In this document: piece after piece, positions 39,500 through 46,326 of the stretch | How the letters are laid out: each line of letters begins with the position of its first letter | Position numbering within the stretch: position 1 is the stretch's first letter | DNA from: a virus | Lineage: Duplodnaviria; Caudoviricetes | Strand: one strand, 5' to 3' | Virus record (IMG/VR): IMGVR_UViG_2724679353_000001 | Span: 1-64,000 of that record | Length of the DNA stretch: 64,000 nucleotides | Program-made: the position numbers and the translations under genes | Notes under the pieces: model-generated | Told to the model about the DNA's origin: nothing | Databases searched by the model: none | Seen by the model: only the letters and a program-made list of their open reading frames with translations

Positions 39500-39706
39500 A
39501 TGCAGCCATGGCAACCGGGCAAGCGCCTATTAACCGACTTCGATATTAAGATCGGCAAGTTATCAGCCAGTGTACGGAAACAACAACTCACCGACCACGA
39601 TATACAGCGGGCCTGTTCTGCGACCGACAGAGCTATAACCCAAATGATACAGGGGCAAGACCATGAAAAACGACCACGACATAATCACCAAAGAGGAGAT
39701 GATTGA
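39500..39706 (+). CDS. Hypothetical protein
   Basis: 68-aa ORF in the pL operon before xis. Confidence 0.55.
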   Translation: MQPWQPGKRLLTDFDIKIGKLSASVRKQQLTDHDIQRACSATDRAITQMIQGQDHEKRPRHNHQRGDD

Positions 39707-39899
39707 GTTGACCGGTCATCACTACAAAACCAAACAATGTGACTCTTTACGCCGCTCGGGGATCTTTTTTATCCGACGTCCGGACGGACACCCGAAAACC
39801 ACTTGGGGCCATTTTTTGAATCCAGTCAGTTTGCGCGGTAAGCCGCTGGAGCCGGAAAAAGAAGAACCCAATTTCGAGGCCATGAACAGTGGCCGGTAA
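39663..39899 (+). CDS. Excisionase-like protein (DUF4224)
   Basis: ELTG....KQ...L...GIFF..RPDGHP; EPNF tail; overlaps int. Confidence 0.8.
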   Translation: MKNDHDIITKEEMIELTGHHYKTKQCDSLRRSGIFFIRRPDGHPKTTWGHFLNPVSLRGKPLEPEKEEPNFEAMNSGR

Positions 39900-40905
39900 A
39901 CGCAAGAACGCCGCCGATAACTGGATGCCCTCACGGGTATTCCGTGGCCCCAGTGCTTATAACTTCAAACACCCGGACGGACGCACGATTAGACTGTGCG
40001 CACTTAACGCTACACAGGCAGAAGTCTGGGTTCATTATGAGAAGTTCATTAATGAGAAAAAAGACAAATCAACGTTAAATACCTTAGTTGAGTCTTTTTT
40101 CCGATCCGTTGATTTCATTGATCTGGCAACCGAGACACAAAAAGACTATCGAAAATACGCCTCAAAATTATTACCGGTTTTCGGTGCCATGCACCCCGAT
40201 AATATAAAACCTGAACATGTCAGAAAGTATATGGATAAAAGAGGGTTGAGCAGCAGGACACAGGCAAACAGGGAAAAAACGTTTATGTCGCGGGCCTATA
40301 GATGGGGATATGAACGGGGATTAGTGAAAGGCAATCCCTGCAAGGGAGTTAAGCAATTTAAAGAGGAATCGAGGGAACGCTATATTACAGATGAAGAATA
40401 TAACGCTTTATATCAGACTGCACCCGACATCGTACGAGCAGCAATGGAAATAGCGTATCTGTGTCTGGCGAGGCAAGCCGATGTGCTTTCATTGCGCAAG
40501 GATCAATTTAGAGAATCGGGGATATATATCAGGCAGGGTAAGACAGGGGCAAAACAAATCAAGGAATGGTCACAGCGCTTACGTGACGCTATCGCACTGG
40601 CAGAATCCCTGCCCTTACAACCCGGTATCAGCAGTGTATACATCATCCGCCAACGCACCGGACTGCGGTATACGCGCGACGGCTTTAATAGCCGATGGCG
40701 CAAGGCCAAAGAAGCAGCAAAAGAGGCACACCCTGAATTGGATTTTAATTTCACCTTCCATGATCTGAAAGCCAAAGGTGTTTCTGATCTTGAGGGTTCA
40801 CTCAGTGAGAAGCAGGCGATATCAGGGCATAGAAATATGGGGCAAACGGCGCGATATGACCGGAAAATAAAAGTTGTGCCGGTGGTAGGCAATCAGAAGA
40901 AGTGA
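39889..40905 (+). CDS. int: Tyrosine integrase of prophage 1
   Basis: ARQADV, FHDLKAK, GH..M..T.RY catalytic motifs; adjacent to att. Confidence 0.93.
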   Translation: MAGKRKNAADNWMPSRVFRGPSAYNFKHPDGRTIRLCALNATQAEVWVHYEKFINEKKDKSTLNTLVESFFRSVDFIDLATETQKDYRKYASKLLPVFGAMHPDNIKPEHVRKYMDKRGLSSRTQANREKTFMSRAYRWGYERGLVKGNPCKGVKQFKEESRERYITDEEYNALYQTAPDIVRAAMEIAYLCLARQADVLSLRKDQFRESGIYIRQGKTGAKQIKEWSQRLRDAIALAESLPLQPGISSVYIIRQRTGLRYTRDGFNSRWRKAKEAAKEAHPELDFNFTFHDLKAKGVSDLEGSLSEKQAISGHRNMGQTARYDRKIKVVPVVGNQKK

Positions 40906-40929
40906 TTTTTTATGCGTTAGCTGGATTTT

Positions 40930-40965
40930 ATGTTCCTAACGCATCTTCCTAACATCTTCCTAAAT
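40930..40965. repeat. Putative integrase arm-type sites
   Basis: TTCCTAA x3 (40933, 40946, 40957); same motif near the left att. Confidence 0.6.
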
Positions 40966-41048
40966 GTGATTTCAGGCACAAAAAAAACCCGCCTCACGGC
41001 GGTTAACGACATACTCATACTACTTTGTTTTACTTATACTATTTTCCA

Positions 41049-41103
41049 TGGTGCCCGGGGCGGGACTTGAACCCGCACAGCCATAAGCCGAGGGATTTTA
41101 AAA
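41049..41103 (-). pseudogene. 3' half of tRNA-Leu(TAA) = att junction between the two prophages
   Basis: Minus strand TTTAAAATCCCTCGGCTTATGGCTGTGCGGGTTCAAGTCCCGCCCCGGGCACCA; anticodon, long variable arm, T arm and CCA present, 5' half absent. Confidence 0.88.
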
Positions 41104-41219
41104 ATTTGATGCTACTTTTTAAAATCAATAAGTTAAGTGTATTCAATAAGTTATAAATGCGCATGTTTAGCTATATTTGCGCAGGGTTTGTTTTTGCTGC
41201 CACTAAAATTCACTATTTA

Positions 41220-42224
41220 TCATTCAATAACTAGCTTGTCGTAGGGGTTTAATGCGATGGCCGCATCCAAGTGGTTAGGGGCAAAATGTGCATATCTCAT
41301 CGTCATTAAAATAGTGCTATGACCAAGAATTTGTTGCAGCACTAAAATGTTTCCGCCGCCCATCATAAAGTGACTAGCAAAGGTATGTCTGAGTACGTGT
41401 GTGCGTTGCCCTTTAGGCAACTCAATAGCCGCCCTTTTCAATGCATGTTTAAATGCATCATAAGATGGAGTGAATAAAGCGCCGCGATTTTTTGGTATAC
41501 GCTTAAATAGTTTTTCAGATATCGGTACGGTTCTGTTCTTTTTGCCCTTAGTATTAATATAAGTCACACGGCTAGGCAATATCTGCGACTGTTTCATATC
41601 CTGCGCTTCTCCCCACCTAGCACCTGTAGCCAAGCAGAGGCGAACGATAGTTCCCAAACTTTTATTTTCCGAATCATCACAGGAGACTAAAAGCCGCTTG
41701 ATTTCATCTTGGGACAGAAAGGCCAGTTCTTGATCGCCCTCGCTAAATTGCCGGATACCATCAAGCGGGTTACTTCCCTCCCACTCACCAAGGCGTTTTA
41801 ATTCTGAAAATACAGCATGTAGGTATGATTGTTCGCGGTTAACAGTGGCTTCTTTTACAACAGTACGTCCTTTTGCTTGCCATTCACCATTCAGCCGCCG
41901 TTCCCGATAAACAGCAAACATATTTTTATCGACATCTGCCGCTAAGGGTTCCCCCATTCGCTCGCAAATAGCCAATAATTTAGTTTTACGGGACTCGCCA
42001 GAAGATAGGGTCTTACCGTGCATTTCATACCAGCGCTCAACTAATTCATTAAGTGTTACCGCACTAACACCCAGCCCCGTATCTTGCTTATTCACCATCA
42101 TGCGGCGTTCGTATGAAAGTGCTTCGCCTTTAGTGGCAAATTGTTTACGTATCCGTTTACCGTCACGGCCATAAGGGAAGCATTGGCAAAGCCATTTTCC
42201 TGAAGGGAGCTTACTAACTGCCAT
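41220..42224 (-). CDS. int: Tyrosine integrase (P2/186-like)
   Basis: TGARWGE, HVLRHTFASHF, LGHS...TMRY; ATG overlaps the upstream TGA. Confidence 0.93.
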   Translation of the reverse strand: MAVSKLPSGKWLCQCFPYGRDGKRIRKQFATKGEALSYERRMMVNKQDTGLGVSAVTLNELVERWYEMHGKTLSSGESRKTKLLAICERMGEPLAADVDKNMFAVYRERRLNGEWQAKGRTVVKEATVNREQSYLHAVFSELKRLGEWEGSNPLDGIRQFSEGDQELAFLSQDEIKRLLVSCDDSENKSLGTIVRLCLATGARWGEAQDMKQSQILPSRVTYINTKGKKNRTVPISEKLFKRIPKNRGALFTPSYDAFKHALKRAAIELPKGQRTHVLRHTFASHFMMGGGNILVLQQILGHSTILMTMRYAHFAPNHLDAAIALNPYDKLVIE

Positions 42225-42604
42225 CAGTCCTGCACCCACTTCATCATAATCATTAGCATCATGGCGGTTGATTTAACACTTTGATTAGTAAAAATTTCTT
42301 TATTCTGAATTGGATCTGATTCTGGGGCAAAAGCATCATCAAGCTGTTTAGCTAGTTCACTCGCGTAAGGCTTAAAATCATTTACCGATTTTATTTTCCT
42401 ATTAATCTCAGGCGCTAATAGCTCTTTGCTGTATACCCCAGCGATAAAGTCAGCACAAGTTGCAAGTTTGTTTTCCGGCGTGGCTGTCTGCCATGTAAGC
42501 GCATTGGCTTCATGCAGGGTTCCTCCCGCATACCAATTTTCAGCAAATGCGTTATTTGTGAATAAGGCAAAAATAAGAAACGTCAGTGACAATATCTTTT
42601 TCAT
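42224..42604 (-). CDS. Exported / periplasmic protein
   Basis: Signal peptide MKKILSLTFLIFALFTNNAFA; coupled to int (TGATG). Confidence 0.75.
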   Translation of the reverse strand: MKKILSLTFLIFALFTNNAFAENWYAGGTLHEANALTWQTATPENKLATCADFIAGVYSKELLAPEINRKIKSVNDFKPYASELAKQLDDAFAPESDPIQNKEIFTNQSVKSTAMMLMIMMKWVQD

Positions 42605-42672
42605 CGCTAGCCCTCGATAAGGTTAAGAAGATAATTAATTAAGTATCACAATGTAAATAATTTGAGCTTAAG

Positions 42673-43311
42673 TTATTTACTAAATGTAACTATTAAAAAA
42701 GAAATTAAAAAACCTGAAGCAAATACACTCCCAGAAAATATCGGGTAGTGGCGAAATAGTTGCTGCCACGATAGGCGTTTTTCTGAGAGCGTCACTGTCG
42801 AAGAAGTTGCCTCTAAATATTGCTTTTCATCCAGCCACGAGAGAGCCTGTTGTAATTGCAAGCGCGTTAATTCAGTTAAACGCCCTGAACCAAACTGAAT
42901 ATGACAATATCGAATGAGTTGCTGCCTTTCCGATTCTTGTTGGGTATTTTTCAGGAGCAAATGTATTAAAGACTTGCTCGCCTCTTTCTCGCAATAACGA
43001 TCACGTAAAGCCTGAAGATAACTATATGCAGCCTGATAGTGACTTACTGTCATTTCCTCAATGCTGCTAACACCAATCTCAGCATGAACCTTTTGCCAGA
43101 TTGAAAACCCCTCTTCATGCCCGGTCTCAATAATTTCTTTTACTAGCTGATTTAACTGTTTTCGCTGTGCGGGTACTAGCGGGCGATTATCTATCTCTGT
43201 TGTAGGGATGGCGATATTCACAAAATCCCGACTAATGAAATTATCCGCAGTGATATTTTTCTCATGAAAATCACGGCCCGCCACCCTATTTTTCTCACCA
43301 CTAGTCTCCAT
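42673..43311 (-). CDS. Membrane-anchored protein with N-terminal AGRDFHE motif and two helical repeats
   Basis: C-terminal TM; GGAG/GGTAGG RBS region 18 bp after the repressor stop. Confidence 0.75.
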   Translation of the reverse strand: METSGEKNRVAGRDFHEKNITADNFISRDFVNIAIPTTEIDNRPLVPAQRKQLNQLVKEIIETGHEEGFSIWQKVHAEIGVSSIEEMTVSHYQAAYSYLQALRDRYCEKEASKSLIHLLLKNTQQESERQQLIRYCHIQFGSGRLTELTRLQLQQALSWLDEKQYLEATSSTVTLSEKRLSWQQLFRHYPIFSGSVFASGFLISFLIVTFSK

Positions 43312-43329
43312 GCCTACCGCTCTCCCACT

Positions 43330-43722
43330 TTACTTTTTGTTCTCGTGAAAATCTCTACCAGCGATCCGCTGACCGGTACCACCTGTAACCTTAACTGTTG
43401 TTCCTGACTCAGGAGGATTACCCACGCTTAGTGCGGCAAATACAGCTTGCTTAACTGCAAGAGGCGCAGAACGGTAATAGCTGATCAGCTCCTCCTCATC
43501 CTTTGTTAGCGCCGCCACGGAACGAACACCTGTGACAACGAATTGAACATCAACACCCACTCTTGAAATAGCCTCAAGGTAGAGAGCATCAGGCGCACGT
43601 CCCCCTTGTTCGTACTTAAGCTGTGCTAATTTTTTAACGCCACCAATCTCGCCAAAGGCCATTTGGCTAAGACCAATACGTTCTCTTTCCTCTCGAATCC
43701 GCTCACCGATATTTGAATGCAT
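43330..43722 (-). CDS. Immunity repressor (XRE HTH) with C-terminal AGRDFHE motif
   Basis: IGERIREERERIGLSQ...YEQG.R.PD; divergent from the early operon. Confidence 0.85.
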   Translation of the reverse strand: MHSNIGERIREERERIGLSQMAFGEIGGVKKLAQLKYEQGGRAPDALYLEAISRVGVDVQFVVTGVRSVAALTKDEEELISYYRSAPLAVKQAVFAALSVGNPPESGTTVKVTGGTGQRIAGRDFHENKK

Positions 43723-43762
43723 ACAAAAACCCTTGACAGATATTCATTTGAATACCAAAATA
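43705..43762 (+). promoter_or_regulatory. Early promoter/operator switch region
   Basis: TTGACA at 43733, CAAAAT 17 bp later; palindrome TATTCAttTGAATA; ATTTGAAT repeated. Confidence 0.65.
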
Positions 43763-43799
43763 CAACTCACAGACACTTAGTGGATCACAATATACCATT

Positions 43800-43991
43800 A
43801 TGAAACAAGTCGAACATGATCAACGCTCGCGATTACCGAAAGGAATCGCCTCAAAAAATCCTACCCCCATGCGTTTATCTGATGGTGAACGCTCTGAATT
43901 AGAAGCACTTGCAGCAAAAGAAAGTCGTTCAATTTCCAGTATGGCCCGCCTAGTTTATTTGCGCGGTATCGCTGCTATTCAGGCTGATTGA
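43800..43991 (+). CDS. Ribbon-helix-helix (Arc-like) regulator
   Basis: PMRLS....SELEALAAKESRSISSMAR pattern. Confidence 0.7.
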   Translation: MKQVEHDQRSRLPKGIASKNPTPMRLSDGERSELEALAAKESRSISSMARLVYLRGIAAIQAD

Positions 43992-44003
43992 TAAGGGGAA
44001 ATT

Positions 44004-44207
44004 ATGGGTAATGTCACCATTAATATCACCGTACCCACGGGCTATGTCTCTCTGAAAGAGTATGCCGTAATGACTGGTATCCCTTTCGCTACCTGCCGGG
44101 GAATGGTGCGTGATGGCCGGATTATTATTCGTCCGAAAATTAAGGCTGGTGACAAAGTTGAAGTTAATTTGGTCGCTATGTTGAAAGATGCCATAGCCAA
44201 TAGTTAG
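44004..44207 (+). CDS. Cox/Apl-like excisionase-repressor
   Basis: YVSLKEYA..TGIP..T.R.M...GRI..RPK; VEVNLVAM. Confidence 0.75.
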   Translation: MGNVTINITVPTGYVSLKEYAVMTGIPFATCRGMVRDGRIIIRPKIKAGDKVEVNLVAMLKDAIANS

Positions 44208-44218
44208 GGGAAAATACA

Positions 44219-44425
44219 ATGTACGCCTTAACCATTATTAGCCGCCATTCATCTGCCTACCGTGGCTTTGTAATTACTCATCGCCCAAGAACAGTTATTA
44301 ACCCTATTGCTCGTTATGAAGTATTTCTGGGTGAACAATCTTTCGGTTTACTTGACGCCCAAGCACTTGCAACGGGCTTTATCGATCAGTTGTACACCGA
44401 ACGTGAGACGGGAGTAGCAGCATGA
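44219..44425 (+). CDS. Hypothetical early protein
   Basis: GGGG RBS; operon context. Confidence 0.65.
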   Translation: MYALTIISRHSSAYRGFVITHRPRTVINPIARYEVFLGEQSFGLLDAQALATGFIDQLYTERETGVAA

Positions 44426-44736
44426 AATCACCTTGCCTACAGATAGCTAACGCCATACTGCAAACACACAGTGCTGATATGGCCGAGTTAATCAATCGCT
44501 CAGTAGGGAAAAATGGAATTTATTCATTAAGAGAAAATCTCCACGCCCGCGAGAAAAAAGCTATTACCAGCAATACCATTGCGGGCTTAAGCATGATTAC
44601 CGCCATAGCGTGGCAGTTAGGTGAGAACGAATTAGCCACTTTCCATCAACTGAATGCCGCAACGCAGCAATTTCGTGAGTCAGGCGTAATACCTCAATTT
44701 TTCAATGAAGAGGTGCTGACATGCCGGGGCAACTAA
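44422..44736 (+). CDS. Hypothetical early protein
   Basis: GGAG RBS; ATGA overlap. Confidence 0.65.
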   Translation: MKSPCLQIANAILQTHSADMAELINRSVGKNGIYSLRENLHAREKKAITSNTIAGLSMITAIAWQLGENELATFHQLNAATQQFRESGVIPQFFNEEVLTCRGN

Positions 44737-44873
44737 TTGAATTGACCGGAGGGGCATTAGTCATGCTGATAGTGCTGGTCTGGATTGCAGTGTTGTCTGT
44801 CCGCGCCGTAATTCGTGATCACCGCCACCGCACCAGTATCAAAAAAGAAGTAGCACGCAAAGCGCGTCTGTAA
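44721..44873 (+). CDS. 50-aa single-TM protein (not in the ORF track)
   Basis: GAGG RBS; MPGQLIELTGGALVMLIVLVWIAVLSVRAVIRDHRHRTSIKKEVARKARL. Confidence 0.55.
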   Translation: MPGQLIELTGGALVMLIVLVWIAVLSVRAVIRDHRHRTSIKKEVARKARL

Positions 44874-44913
44874 GTTTAAACCGCATTAATTGTTCTCCCG
44901 TGAGGTGCGAATA

Positions 44914-45219
44914 ATGGAGCAAATAAATACCGATGAATCACCACTCGCAATGCAGGAATGGAATCAAAAAGTAGGTTTACGGCATTTAGACCGCATAAAG
45001 GAACTATTTAAAAAAGATCCAGATGAAGAGTTTGAGCGACGTTTGGAATCATTAAGTCGGGGAAAAACCAAAGGAATTATTTATTATGCAGCAGGGATAA
45101 AGAAAGACAGTCACGAAAGAAAATTTCGTGAGTTGGAATATCACGAAAGAAAAGCAGTGCGTAAAGCTGCTTTGGATTTATGGGTTGATTTAAATTCAAT
45201 TCCAAAAGACTTATTATAA
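44914..45219 (+). CDS. P2 gpB-like replication accessory protein
   Basis: GAGGTG RBS; I.Y.AGI....H...F.EL...ER motif. Confidence 0.55.
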   Translation: MEQINTDESPLAMQEWNQKVGLRHLDRIKELFKKDPDEEFERRLESLSRGKTKGIIYYAAGIKKDSHERKFRELEYHERKAVRKAALDLWVDLNSIPKDLL

Positions 45220-45296
45220 ATAACTTTTAGCGGGTTATTAAATATGGCGCATTTATCGCGTCGGGATTCCTATTATCTAAAGTTAAGGACTCGAAT

Positions 45297-45494
45297 ATGA
45301 CGAGTAAGAAAATTGAAAACGCTGATTTACTCAATGATGCCCTGATAAATGAACGTAGGAAACAAGCAATACTGACCTCTGAGCTTCTGGAAAATCTGGC
45401 GAATGTCATTATTGCTCGTGCTTTATGCGTTAAAGAATCGGTGGAATTGCTGCGCCAGGAATCCGATAAAATCCAAAACCAAATAAATGAGTAA
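45297..45494 (+). CDS. DUF2732-like early protein
   Basis: ESVELLRQES.KI motif. Confidence 0.65.
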   Translation: MTSKKIENADLLNDALINERRKQAILTSELLENLANVIIARALCVKESVELLRQESDKIQNQINE

Positions 45495-46326
45495 GCGGCC
45501 GATGACAATAAATCGCTCCCCGCTGAAATGGGCAGGTTCAAAGGCTCGTATTATGCCAACCTTACTTCAACATTTGCCAACCGGTAAACGACTGGTAGAG
45601 CCGTTTGCTGGTTCCTGTTCTGTAATGCTGAATACAGATTATGATGAATATTTGATAACGGATATCAATGATGATCTGATTAACTTCTATGAAATCGCCA
45701 AAAGAGAAACGAGCGACTTAATCAATGTAGCTTCCTCACTGTTTCTTACGGCTAATTCCCACGAACAATATTATATTTTCCGCAAAATATTCAATGCACG
45801 AAACCGTGATGATATATCCAGAGCAGCAATCTTCCTTTACCTAAATCGCCACTGTTTTAATGGTATTTGTCGCTATAACCAACAAGGGCAATTTAACGCC
45901 CCCTATGGCAAGTACAAAGCGCCCTATTTCCCCGAAGCCGAGATCCGTTTCTTTGCTGAAAAATCCAAGAAAGCGACCTTCTTATGTTGTGATTTTTCCG
46001 AAGCACTGGAAATGGCTGTTGCGGGTGATGTGATTTATTGCGATCCGCCTTATATCCCAGTATCCAGCACTGCTGAGTTTACCCATTATCACACCGATGG
46101 TTTTAGCGCTGATCAGCAATTTCGTTTAGCCCGCCTACTGGCAAGGGCCGCTGAAAATGGTTGTCACGTTGTTGCATCCAATAGTGAAACCCCTATCACC
46201 CGCGATCTCTATAGCCGCTACACTCTCCACTCGATTACGGCTCCGCGCTCTATCAGTTGTAAAAGTAATGGCAGAAAAAGCACCGGGGAAATTATTGCGA
46301 CGATTCCGGCACAATTAGATGAGTGA
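45487..46326 (+). CDS. dam: DNA adenine methyltransferase
   Basis: LKWAGSK, LVEPFAGS, FNGICRYN and YCDPPY; intact. Confidence 0.93.
   Translation: MSKRPMTINRSPLKWAGSKARIMPTLLQHLPTGKRLVEPFAGSCSVMLNTDYDEYLITDINDDLINFYEIAKRETSDLINVASSLFLTANSHEQYYIFRKIFNARNRDDISRAAIFLYLNRHCFNGICRYNQQGQFNAPYGKYKAPYFPEAEIRFFAEKSKKATFLCCDFSEALEMAVAGDVIYCDPPYIPVSSTAEFTHYHTDGFSADQQFRLARLLARAAENGCHVVASNSETPITRDLYSRYTLHSITAPRSISCKSNGRKSTGEIIATIPAQLDE

Larger units (their letters stand above)
1..41103. mobile_element. Prophage 1: lambdoid-regulated, contractile-tail temperate phage, apparently complete
   Basis: 31-bp direct repeat at 1-31 and 41073-41103; integrase next to the right repeat; complete head, tail, lysis, replication and cI/cro modules. 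Confidence 0.93.

Noticed and set aside
25474-40905. c4/CI-type antisense RNA complementary to the GACCA boxes
   Set aside because: By eye I found no intergenic hairpin presenting UUGGUC on a transcribed strand; not formally excluded.
41049-41103. Intact tRNA-Leu gene
   Set aside because: Only anticodon to CCA is present; the D arm and 5' acceptor strand are replaced by phage DNA.
45487-46326. Restriction-modification system
   Set aside because: Orphan Dam at its usual P2-family position with no adjacent endonuclease.
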